Both the position numbers and the translations under genes were made by a program. The notes beneath the pieces are model-generated. The model saw nothing but the letters and a program-made list of their open reading frames with translations. It was not told the DNA's origin and searched no databases. From contig OZ037768.1 of NCBI GenBank assembly GCA_964035545.1, positions 12,657,675-12,721,674 of the forward strand: a stretch of DNA of 64,000 bases, written 5' to 3'. Positions within the stretch are counted from its first letter, which is position 1, and the number at the start of each line of letters is the position of its first letter. Below, piece by piece: positions 1-10,233 of the stretch. Source of the stretch: Bugula neritina. Taxonomy: Eukaryota > Animalia > Bryozoa.

Positions 1-1
1 T

Positions 2-2074
2 CTATATGGGCGCACATTCCGGCTTCAGACGGATCATGCGTCCCTGATATGGCTGTGTCGACGGGCAGAACCATCAAGCCAAGTGGCGCGCTGGCTAGAG
101 ATCCTGGCAGAGTTTTCTTATCGGATCGAGCATCGACCCGGTAAGAAACACGGTAATGCAGACGGACTCAGCCGCCGCCAGGCAGATGGGTGTAAGCAAT
201 GCCAGAATATCGAGCGCAGGGACGGTGGACCCCCTCGCTCGGACGTCGAAGCGCAGTTGGGGAAAGCGGGTGTGTACAGCTGGGAAGAAGGGCAACTCCT
301 GTCCGAATCACCCAACAAAGCTGTTAACAACCTTCACGCAAACCCCACGTTGCTTCGGAACGTCAGAGAGCTATGTCGGCTCCAGTCTACGCTACCAGGA
401 GTGGTAGCTGACCTAGTCCGGGCCAAGAAGGAGGGACGGCGGCCGAGTGAGGCCGAACAGCGAGTGAAGAGTACTGAGTTTAAGTACTTCTGTGACCGCT
501 GGGACTCCCTCAGGTTCAACAGCGATGGGCTGCTAACGATCACGTTGGCAGCCGGCACCAATCGCAGTGAACGAGAGAGGGTAGTCTGCCCGTCAGCTCT
601 GAGGGGGGAGTTGATCTGGGACACCCATAAGCAAGCTCACGCAGGAGCTAGCCGGGTGATCAGGTGTCTTCAACTCCAGTGGTTTTGGCCCGGTATGACC
701 CGGGATGTCCGACTCCGGGTGCGGAAGTGCGAGGTGTGCCAAGCTAGCAAGCATGGCCGCCCCACTGAGACCGCAGGGAGGCGTCGCCTCCATGCCGGTC
801 GTCCGTGGCGGGTGGTTGCTGTCGATCTGGTAGACCCCATGCCCACTACAGCGAGAGGTAATAACTGGGTACTGGTATTAACTGACCATTTCACGCAGTG
901 GGCTGATGCACTGGCTATTCCAGATGCGTCGGCCCCCTCGGTGGCCAGAGCCTTGGATCAGCAGGTGTTCTGCTATTTCGGCTTGCCGGAGCAGATACAC
1001 TCTGACCAAGGCGCCCAGTTTCAGTCGCAACTTATGAGCGATCTCTGTAGGGTGTGGGGGGTAAACCAGAGTCGGACGACCCCGTATCACCCACAAGGGA
1101 ACGGGGTCGTGGAGCGGAACAACCGAATGCTAGGGGACTCTCTGAGAAGCCTGCTTATCGGTAGGAGCCAGGAAGAGTGGGACTTGGTGTTGCCGCAGAT
1201 CATGCGAGCGTACCGTAGTACCCCTCACTCCAGTACACTGGAGACCCCTAATTTTCTCATGCTGGGGAGAGAAACAAGGGTTCCTGAGCACGTAACCTAT
1301 CATGTTCCGACTCCCGAGAGCAATGTGGACAAGCTCGTAAAACGCATGGGGACGGCTCACGAGGTGCTACGTGAGCAGCAGTGGCAGGTCAGGAGTGGTG
1401 ACTCTGACGACCCACCTTTATACAAGGTGGGGGACTGGGTCTGGATGACCAGTCATCGCCGCAGGCGCGGACAGGCAGCCAAGTTGCAGCCGAAGTTCGT
1501 AGGTCCCTACTGTGTAATTGAGGTAATGCCAAACCATACATACAAAGTGGAACGGTCTGGACAAGTGTCGGTCCAGAACGAGGCACGGCTAAAACCTCAC
1601 TGGGCAAGTCCTGATGCGGCAGGTCAAGCACCTCCTCTCTTAGAGCCAGCTAGGCGCCCTCCTATGAGGGGGCGACCCATGGCGTATCGAGAGATTGAGG
1701 AGATACTGCCAGACCAGGACGGGGCGGCTGATGCGTCAGCCGACCAGCCCCAGCCTCCTCCACCCCAGGAAGAGGAGGCCGACACACCTGAAGACCTGTC
1801 AGAGCCAGCCCCACCACCTGTGGAGCCGGTCGACAGGCCCATCATTCCGGATGAGATGGAAATTCCTCAAATAATGAGGGAGAGGCAGCTGGGGGAGGGC
1901 CACCCGTACTGGTGGACCCCCCCCCCCGTACTGGCGACACCACCCGTGGTGGAAGAGTCACCAGTCGCAGCAAACTCCCCGGTACCGTTGGACCGTAGCC
2001 AATGTACCAGGGCGCCACCATCTTATTTAAAAGACTTCTTGTGTGACTTGGTCGACATGCACAGTATTCTGTAG
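2..2074 (+). CDS. pol: Gypsy pol, partial (RNase H C-terminus, HHCC zinc finger, DDE integrase, GPY/F motif, Pro/Glu-rich tail)
   Basis: Frame open from the window start (TDHASLIWL); HKQAH...CEVC; VDLV..SDQG..VERNNR; KFVGPY; tail motif PPSYLKDFLC. The same frame continues after the TAG to 2323. Confidence 0.93.
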   Translation, partial: LYGRTFRLQTDHASLIWLCRRAEPSSQVARWLEILAEFSYRIEHRPGKKHGNADGLSRRQADGCKQCQNIERRDGGPPRSDVEAQLGKAGVYSWEEGQLLSESPNKAVNNLHANPTLLRNVRELCRLQSTLPGVVADLVRAKKEGRRPSEAEQRVKSTEFKYFCDRWDSLRFNSDGLLTITLAAGTNRSERERVVCPSALRGELIWDTHKQAHAGASRVIRCLQLQWFWPGMTRDVRLRVRKCEVCQASKHGRPTETAGRRRLHAGRPWRVVAVDLVDPMPTTARGNNWVLVLTDHFTQWADALAIPDASAPSVARALDQQVFCYFGLPEQIHSDQGAQFQSQLMSDLCRVWGVNQSRTTPYHPQGNGVVERNNRMLGDSLRSLLIGRSQEEWDLVLPQIMRAYRSTPHSSTLETPNFLMLGRETRVPEHVTYHVPTPESNVDKLVKRMGTAHEVLREQQWQVRSGDSDDPPLYKVGDWVWMTSHRRRRGQAAKLQPKFVGPYCVIEVMPNHTYKVERSGQVSVQNEARLKPHWASPDAAGQAPPLLEPARRPPMRGRPMAYREIEEILPDQDGAADASADQPQPPPPQEEEADTPEDLSEPAPPPVEPVDRPIIPDEMEIPQIMRERQLGEGHPYWWTPPPVLATPPVVEESPVAANSPVPLDRSQCTRAPPSYLKDFLCDLVDMHSIL

Positions 2075-2571
2075 CATGGCGACATTCACAAAGAAGTTTG
2101 GGGGAGCGAGGTAATTGATAACAGGCGACCCAGTGGCAGATTGAATAGGTCAGCCGGGGGTCAGCAGAGCGTAGCCAACTCAACAGCGTATAGGGTGTTA
2201 CATAAGCACTCTAGTTGCGAGCGCTCTTTTCAATTACAGCTAGCAAACAGGCAGCACGTCTTTTGCAGTAAACAATTTGGCTATCTACGAGCCCTAAGAA
2301 AACAGCAGCATCATTATGTCTAATGCAGCAACTGTTTTGGGGGGTAAGTCTACTAGAAATTCTATAATAATTAATTAGAATTTACTCTGGTAGCGACAGC
2401 AGTCTCACTTTATCATAATGATAAAGTTGAAACTCCTGACATCAGACAATATTTGATAGTTAGAGTGGGACGGTCGACTCAGCTGATTATACAATCAGTG
2501 AGTGACAGACTGTGAGACTCGATTATCAATATCGTTTGGAACGGGAGTCCCACGCATAGAGTGTAATTCAA

Positions 2572-3498
2572 ATGATACATGAATTTAAATACTCTATTGC
2601 AGGTGAGACTGGGCCTGTATCCGACGAGATACAGGCATTACTTGACACACCTACGACTAACTGGGACAGCATGTCAGAAGCAGGGGTAGACATGCTGTCC
2701 GACATACACTTATCGACACTTACGGACTCTCCGACAAACACCGACCGACATACTGTGATGCAGATGGACATAACTGACTTGACTGTCGCCAATGACAATA
2801 CTTTGGCACTGCCACAAGCCTTACTCCAACGGACTAACTGGATGACTCGACGGACTCGTACGCTGATTCAAGCACTAGTAGGGTCAGACGATAATAGACA
2901 ATGTACTGAGTGTAGACGAACACTATCCACTACCAAGAGACTTAAAATACATGTCCCCCAACATTTTACTGTGGCTTTCTGTCCCTGCGGAGTCCACCAC
3001 TTCTGCAGGGACACTATACTACGACATCAACGGACTCGAGACTGCTACATTGGACACTTATATGAAGTTGACGCGGACTCCTACACTGAGTTCAGGGATC
3101 TGATACTACCCCACGTGACCGACCCAGACCGACGACAGACTCTCCTAGACCACTTCCCCGCTACCCGACCTACAGTAGAGAGTGACTCTGATGCAGACCC
3201 CCAACCCTCTGAGACAACGACAACCTACCCTCCAGACGTAACCACTCAACCTCTACGCGTCATAGTAACCCGTACTGGACACGCTGTAACTAAGGACTCA
3301 CCACCCCCAACGACGACGATCTCCTATGTGCCCCGACACACCCACAAGAAGAGGAGGGGTGCTAGCAACACACCCCGAGATGACAGCGACCCTGACCAGT
3401 CCCTACTAACTAACATTAGGAAAGTGCAACGGCGTATGGCCCGCCTCAGTAAGGAACAGAAGCGAGCGGCCACCGAGCTGGCTAAGTTGCAGACCTGA
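2572..3498 (+). CDS. Gypsy ORF3: double zinc-finger protein with basic patch and C-terminal coiled coil
   Basis: Intact 308-aa ORF between pol and the PPT; C-x2-C-x12-H-x3-H followed by CPC-x12-H-x5-C; HKKRR; heptad-like C-terminus; homologous to 8492-9565. Confidence 0.85.
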   Translation: MIHEFKYSIAGETGPVSDEIQALLDTPTTNWDSMSEAGVDMLSDIHLSTLTDSPTNTDRHTVMQMDITDLTVANDNTLALPQALLQRTNWMTRRTRTLIQALVGSDDNRQCTECRRTLSTTKRLKIHVPQHFTVAFCPCGVHHFCRDTILRHQRTRDCYIGHLYEVDADSYTEFRDLILPHVTDPDRRQTLLDHFPATRPTVESDSDADPQPSETTTTYPPDVTTQPLRVIVTRTGHAVTKDSPPPTTTISYVPRHTHKKRRGASNTPRDDSDPDQSLLTNIRKVQRRMARLSKEQKRAATELAKLQT

Positions 3499-3776
3499 CT
3501 AGAGAAACGGCTGGCGAAGAAGTGATAGAAGTGCGGCCACCTACACACGTACCCCCCCCCCCATTCTGGCTAGTCAAGTAATGTAAATAGGTTTTATGGA
3601 CTACGGCGTGAAGACTCGTTTTATTATACTTATATTATTTACCCTGTATATATTTTTCTCTTGTTCAAGTGTGTACCTCTAGTTTTGTAAAAACCTATGT
3701 TATTTTAATCATTATTCGTGTGTTACTGTCATGTAAATATTAGGTATAGAGAGTACTTTTTGATAGGTGAGGAGAG

Positions 3777-4185
3777 TGTGATGGATTTTAGTAGTGCAAT
3801 TATTATTGTATTAATCGAAAAGGTTCACTCTATATGGTTTATTATATTGTGAGTTCGACTATGTCGGACTGTAGCTATGGACAGCAGTGGCACCATTAGT
3901 AACCACCAATCAGGACAGTCACACTAATTAATAGCAGGTGGAGCTAGCTACTCGTAGTTGCAGTGCGCTGAGTAGCTAGCCGGCAGAGCAGCTTGGGACT
4001 TCATTTAGAGTAGTTGTGTATTAAAGCTCACTAATTATGTAATCGTTTTTTATTCATGCTAGCAGTAAATAACCTTCGTGTATTTGTGTAAATAATAAAG
4101 TTATCTTAGTGTAAACAACCTGGTGCAGTGGCTTTGTTTAGGTAGACCCACACATAATAATAATGAACTGGCAAAATTTACTACA
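3777..4185 (+). repeat. 3' LTR of Gypsy element 1
   Basis: Starts TGTGATGGATTTT directly after the PPT and ends AAAATTTACTACA (imperfect terminal inverted repeat); contains AATAAA. Confidence 0.85.
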
Positions 4186-4527
4186 ATATAACAAGCAACT
4201 GTGACAAGACATGACAGTGACTCTAGCCAATCATCGCTATGAGAAATATGTAGTTTCAAAACAGTTGGAGTTATCCTTCCTCACCAAACGCAAAACAGCT
4301 TTCCAGCATGTGCAAACATGAAAGTACGTTTTTGCTTGCGCATCTAACAGACGCTAGTTGAGACATCCAAGCGTAGAAATACACAAACAATGTAAATTTA
4401 AAAACAAAATCACTCAACCATACACCACAACGACCTGATACGCGAAACAAATTTATAGTGGATAAAATGAATATAATATTATAAGTTTATTATATCCGAA
4501 ATAGTATCAATATAAAAAATATATATA

Positions 4528-5355
4528 GGAGTAACGGGGGGGGGGGCACAACGGTCATAGGGGTACAAAAAGCCGGCCAAATTGTGAGAGAACTTATTGA
4601 CTTAGAGCCGTGATTTTTTTTAATAAAAAGGTATTGACATAAATATACAGCCATTGTAGTTTCAACACTTGCAGAACATACGTGTTGAAAAGGCGAGTGA
4701 AAAACTGTTTTTACATAAATTTTGTAAAATTTTTAGGATGTCGTTAAAGGTTTATAACTTTTTACACTCAAAGGTAACAAGCCTAGATTTTACTGATATT
4801 GTTGCCATTGCTTTTCTCTACATTGCTTAACTAGTATAACAGCAAACTCTAAAATAAATTTCCCTTGAGGCACATTTGTGTTCAATTTGGCCACACGGGG
4901 CACAATGCGCCACGCTGACCGGGGCACAATGGGCCACCTGATTATTGTACCCTGATCACTGTTATTAGTTTGTTTGCCCAAAAAGTTGGTTGAAATGTTA
5001 CTAAAATCTATAGATATGGCCATTTCTGACTTTTTTTGTAAAATATCAAAGACATCATGGTAAGACTACAAAACTACAAAGTGAAGCTCTCCTAATATAT
5101 TATACATCTGGTGAGGTTAAAGCTATGCTATTTTATACATAATACAAAACACTCTGCTGTTGCTACTAGTAAATAGTCATGATATTCATTATACATTATA
5201 TCATTGAGGGAGCATACATGTATTTGACTAAAATAAATTGTGATTTGCTCATTTGCTTCCCCCTCTCCCTATTGAACTAGTAACTTGAAAAACAGACAAA
5301 TGAGAGCACAAAATGCAAAAGTCAGCCCGTTGTGCCCCCCCCCCCCTGTTACTCC
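4528..5355. mobile_element. Non-autonomous DNA transposon (MITE), TA target site, Tc1/mariner-pogo-like
   Basis: TIRs GGAGTAAC(G)n-CACAACGG / CCGTTGTG(C)n-TGTTACTCC flanked by TA. An inverted internal relative lies at about 17640-18165. Confidence 0.75.
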
Positions 5356-7232
5356 TATATATATAATTGAGAAAAGAGCAATTTTAATTAGATGTTGTTT
5401 TATTGTGCTACTAGTATTTTCATGCCTCTTCTGCACTCCTCAGGCACAATATTGATGGATTCAAGTTTTCTCTACATCATGTACTCTAGCTGTTATATAA
5501 TCTTTCGTGTCTAAGCATTACTTATGCTAATATAGTAGTACATTCTCTGGCTCATGGTTTGAAACCAATTAAAGATTACCTACCACTCAAAACTAATCCA
5601 AACTTCCTTATCTCAATATCTGTTTACCCACAAACAATTACAATAACAATTACAAAACATTGGAATACTCACAGACATAAACAGTGATGAAACCCTAAAC
5701 CCTAGACTTCCAACCTGAAACCTTAAACCTCTAACCTACAACCGTTAAACCTCCCATCTCACAAATCATAAACCCAAAATTTTCTGCTCCTGTATCTTTA
5801 TATATACAGGGTTTATAGGAAAAAAGCCATTATTTTAGGCACATATTGTCACTCACTTTTTCTCTTCTGACGTGTTTAATGCTCAATAAAGCATATTACA
5901 ATAATACTAAATTTACTAATATAACACCAGATTCTTTACATTCAAAGAAAACAAATCAACACCTATTGTGTGAGATAGTTATGCTGGTACAGGGGGTGGT
6001 AGCAGTGATCCCTTTTTTTGTTCAACTTCTGTTTTTTGGCAGAATGAACATGATTTACATTCCTCCTCTAGAAGGTTTCAATAGAGACTGTTAAGTACAA
6101 CGAACATATCTTTCTAATGCAGCTGGCAGCTACAATCAGTTGTGCATAACTTTAGTAGACATTTTCCAGCTACATTTAATTGAGATTATTGTTATTAATA
6201 AATGTTACTCTGGTTATGTTTAAAATCCAATGTAATTATAACAGGTGCTTAAGCACACTGTATGCTAATATTATAATTACATTGCTATGAATATATCGCA
6301 ATTAAATAGATTGTCATTACATATTAAACACAACAACTTTATAATTGTATTCCTTGGAGCAATAACTCCTAAAAATACTTCACAATTACCTATGTATATA
6401 AATACTGAGTGGTGCCATCACACTTAGAGAATCATAACTAATTTATCAAATCAAGATTTGCCAAGCAGATATCTTTTGATAATTATAATAACTCTGCTAC
6501 ACAAACTGAAAAATTTATTTTCATCAGTTTAGAAAGCACAAACTATTTGTTTTCAATTATTGATTTTGTTTGAGAAATTAGACTGACATTTTCAATTTCA
6601 GACATGTTTGTCACTATAATAGCTGTTTTAGAATTTTCTATAATCATACTTATCCATGACTGGTGTTTGGTATTAAATATAATTAGTGTGCTTCACTGCA
6701 TGTACTCATTAACAATACATGCAAAAGTCAATTATGTAAAAATCTCAATGAGCAGGAAAGGTTGATTTGGTGTACATTTATTTATTGAACAAAAAACAGT
6801 TCATCCATAAATATTGTAAAGCGGAAAAGAAACGCTATGCTGCTGTATAAATAAATAGATAACCAGATGTATACAACTTTACAGCAAGTGATTTCAATAG
6901 ACAATTAACATCATCTTAGAAAAGCTAAGGTTAGCTATTGTATCTTAAAAACAGGAATAAAATTATCGTTGTTTGCTAAAATGCTGCTGAGTAAATTGCT
7001 TTACAACAATAAATTGCAAATATTTCTACAATGTCAAATGTGTTTCCCATATCAAAGCAAACCCAAAAGTAAGTGAAGTTGAACTTGGACAATGCAAACG
7101 TAAAGACATGCAAAATTTGTCAATTTATCAAAAGTTTTAAGTCAGATTAATGGTTCTAGCAATCAGCCTAATGAAAAATAATGTCATGTTTTCAATGTAA
7201 TATAAGTTAAAGAGTATATTATATTCATCTAG

Positions 7233-7888
7233 GCTTGAAGTACAAGAGTGTTTTCACACTGAAAAAGAAAAAGACCATTCCGGCTGTTTACAGCACAACT
7301 GATTGTCAGAAGAATGTCAACTTTGACAATTTATATAGAAACAAAAATTCTGGAATTACTAAGTATAAGTTTAGTATTTGACTTTTCAGGTCCTCCATTA
7401 GAATGGAGTAACACCAGTGCATCTAAGTATGGAAAAAGATCACATCTCTGTAGAAGAGATCCTGTTAAAGTATGGTGCTAATCTTTTCTCAACTTCCAGA
7501 GCCGGTTGTTCTTCAGCTGACAGACATAGTGGTCAGGTAAATAATTATTGTAAAATCTTTGTCAAAAACTGAAGCAGAAGTTTGGTTAATATACCACTGC
7601 TATAGTACATTTTAGGATGGATTAACCCCAATGCACCTGTGCATGCAGAAAAACCATGTTCTCATAGCAGAGATCCTGTTGAAGTATGGTGCTAGTCTAT
7701 CCTCAACTGCCAGAACGGGTTGTTCTTCAGCTGACAGACATAGTGGTCAACTTAATATGATCAATTTTCTTCCAAAATATGAAGCAGAAGGAAATCTTAA
7801 AGTTTTTAGCATGAAGATAGATAGAAAATTGGTAAGTTTTCCAAGATTGCATGGCCAGATTCCATGCTCCCACAAATTTGAAGCATAG
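7233..7888 (+). pseudogene. Inverted, scrambled fragments of the ANK-ZU5 gene (linker exon followed by two copies of the last ANK exon)
   Basis: ag|GLKYKSVFTLKKKKT...GIT|gt (7233-7362), ag|NGVTPVHLSMEK...SGQ|gt (7402-7537), ag|DGLTPMHLCMQK... (from 7616). These are homologs of exons 8 and 6 of the minus-strand gene, in the wrong order. Confidence 0.7.
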
Positions 7889-7918
7889 ATCATGTTTCTT
7901 GCAATAATGTTGAGCTAT

Positions 7919-8224
7919 TGTTATAGTTTTCAGATTTAGGGTTGATGTGTCACCAAGAGAGTCTATTTATCACTAGAGAAACTTCACCGAGTTAAGTCGA
8001 GTAGATATCGTTATATTTTAATACAAGAATACATAATAAAATCTAATGTACAACAGTAATGATACGCACGTCTATTTAATTTACAGCACTATCCTCAACT
8101 GAGCTAGTAGCGCAAAGCGGCTACTATTACTTATAAAACAGCCTAGCTAATTGGCTAATACATTGTTCCGGGTCAATACGCAACCTTGCGTATTGTGTTG
8201 CTGGTAGCTCCACGAGCCACCACA
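7919..8224 (-). repeat. 3' LTR of element 2
   Basis: TG...CA; near-identical to 15058-15363; preceded on the minus strand by PPT GGAGGGGGCAG. Confidence 0.95.
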
Positions 8225-8491
8225 CTGCCCCCTCCAGCAGAAAGCCCACTTTCTGATAAAATAAAATTCACATAAAAAAACGTATACTTCGTTGTGGGGG
8301 GGTAAGAGAACAGTATAAAAGTATATACAAAAAAACAACAACTGATAAAATATACAGGTATATATAACGTGCACAATAAGTAATAAGTAAGAGAAGGTCC
8401 TATCTACATGTAGAGTACGTGCCACCATTACGATAAGGAATGCCACAGAGAGGTAGGGGAAGAGTAGTATGGAATTGTAGGTAGACTCAAG

Positions 8492-9565
8492 TTAACTGCG
8501 GGCCGCACGCTTCATGCGTTTAATAGACTCCTGTAAATATTTGAGTTCACTGGATGCAGCCTGCACCCGTGGGGCCAGTCTGTACACTTCTTGCTCCAAG
8601 TCGTGTGCCCTAGCTTCTACTTCACGTAGGTTGCGGGCCCAGGGGGACGAGCGAGAGGAAGTCGGCTGTCTGTGTCTTTTCCGCTCGGAGGATGGAAGGG
8701 GAGGAGGGAGTGTATACGCATTTGTGTCTACCCTCTGTAGTACGACACGAGGAAAGGTATGCGGCATGCGTAGAGGACTGTGAAGTGGAGAGTTAGTAGA
8801 CTGTGTAGGTTTATCTGCGGCTCCAGAGATGATGGGTCGCGGGGAAGGGAAGCCTTGCTCTAGGCGAGATAGCCGAGCTGAGTCAGTGATGAGTGGTTTG
8901 ATGGCGTTGAAAAAGGCAGGATAGGATGATTCGTCTACTTCATAAACATGCCCTTGATAACACTGCATAGTACGTTGGTGCCGCAATAGGTAATCACGAT
9001 TGTAGCTATATTCTCCGCAAGGGCAGAAAGTGGTGATGTAGTGCTGCGGCAAGTGTACTTTTAGTCTGCGGTGGGTTGTGAATCGCTGCTGGCAGAGGTT
9101 GCATTCACGATTACTCTCACCTCCTTGATGGGTCCTGATTTCTCTCTCTGTGGCAGGGGTAATCCAGTTGGAGGTTGCTTCCAACTGGGGTGGCAGTTGC
9201 CTTGTTGTAGAAGTTGTTGGGGCCGGCTCTGGGTCCCACGCCATCTCTAGAGAAGGCATGCCCGGAGAGACGGGCGCGAGTGTGTCTACAAAAGTAGAAT
9301 TATTGTTAGATCGCGGTGGATCTTTACAACATAATTCTAGTGACTGTCGACCGTTGCTAGTCTGAGAGTCACAGCTTTTGGAATGCACTCGAGGAACTGA
9401 TGAATCATGTGTGGACTGACCAAGAACAGTGTCTAGCTCCAGGTCTAACAGACCGTCGGCCATTACAGTGTCTTCATCGTCAATCACATGAAACGTGGTT
9501 CCCAGTAATTCTGATTCAATCTGCTGAATTAGTTCAGAATTTACTGGCATCGAGCCCGTTTCCAT
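8492..9565 (-). CDS. Gypsy ORF3: double zinc-finger protein with C-terminal coiled coil
   Basis: Intact 357-aa ORF; CNLCQQRFTTHRRLKVHLPQH (canonical C2H2 spacing with F/L) plus CPC-x12-H-x5-C; RKRHR; LREVEARAHDLEQEVYRL coiled coil. Confidence 0.85.
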   Translation of the reverse strand: METGSMPVNSELIQQIESELLGTTFHVIDDEDTVMADGLLDLELDTVLGQSTHDSSVPRVHSKSCDSQTSNGRQSLELCCKDPPRSNNNSTFVDTLAPVSPGMPSLEMAWDPEPAPTTSTTRQLPPQLEATSNWITPATEREIRTHQGGESNRECNLCQQRFTTHRRLKVHLPQHYITTFCPCGEYSYNRDYLLRHQRTMQCYQGHVYEVDESSYPAFFNAIKPLITDSARLSRLEQGFPSPRPIISGAADKPTQSTNSPLHSPLRMPHTFPRVVLQRVDTNAYTLPPPLPSSERKRHRQPTSSRSSPWARNLREVEARAHDLEQEVYRLAPRVQAASSELKYLQESIKRMKRAARS

Positions 9566-9582
9566 GAATAGGAATACAAGAC

Positions 9583-10233
9583 TTATACTGGCTTACCTGG
9601 GAACTCAGTATTAATGTCCATACTCAACGTTCTTGGTAAGGTTGGAGCTGGTTGTGAGATACGTCTGCCTTTGGCGATGTCAGCATAAGAAAAGGCTGAG
9701 CATCGTTTCTGAGGCACGAGGTCGGAACTATTTGCTTTACGTGCATTAATTCCTCCCACTATTCCGCCCTCGCAAAAGTTGATATTTGCGTGGGGTTCAC
9801 AACTCCAACATTTTATCGTACGGTTTTCCCCTAGACTTTCATGTGCGCCGCTTCTAATGCAGTCACATACGAAGTCTTTCAAATACGGTGGGGGTTTCCT
9901 TGTACGCTGTCCCCTTTCTAGGTGGGGTGACACGCTTGCCGGTTCGTTAGTAGGGGCCTCTAATGGCATCTCTACTTCACCGTTAGCGGTCAGCTCTTCT
10001 TGTTCTCCGGATGGAGCCCCTCCCTCCGTGGGGGTTTGCACTTCCGGAACCAGCTCGGTTTCTGGAAGTGATGGAATTAGACTTGGCGGTGGCGAACACG
10101 CTTCTGTTGACAAAAGCTGCCGCTCCTCTCTCACCAAGTTTTCCTCCCGCGGTATGACCACTTCGTATTCAGGTCCATGCCGCCGTCACCCGCGCGTCGT
10201 TGTCTGCCTCCTGGGCTCTAACAACGGGGGGGG
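9583..10233 (-). pseudogene. Detached C-terminal tail of pol (frameshift plus in-frame TGA)
   Basis: Homologous to the element 1 pol tail (PPLLEP.R; PPPYLKDFVC). Separated from pol by one extra base in the G8 run at 10226-10233 and a TGA at 10186-10188. Confidence 0.75.

Larger units (their letters stand above)
1..4185 (+). mobile_element. Ty3/Gypsy LTR retrotransposon, element 1 (3' part; 5' part lies outside the window)
   Basis: RNase H end plus integrase ORF, ORF3, polypurine tract GATAGGTGAGGAGAG (3762-3776), then LTR TG...CA 3777-4185. Host sequence resuming at 4186 matches uninterrupted paralogous sites near 30895 and 58605. Confidence 0.95.

Noticed and set aside
2572-3498. ORF3 as a retroviral-type envelope
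   Set aside because: No signal peptide, fusion peptide or transmembrane helix is visible; it has zinc-finger spacing and a basic patch instead.
5688-5780. Telomere-like AAACCCT repeats
   Set aside because: Only a few degenerate units, part of a dispersed repeat also seen near 26340, 26830 and 43470.
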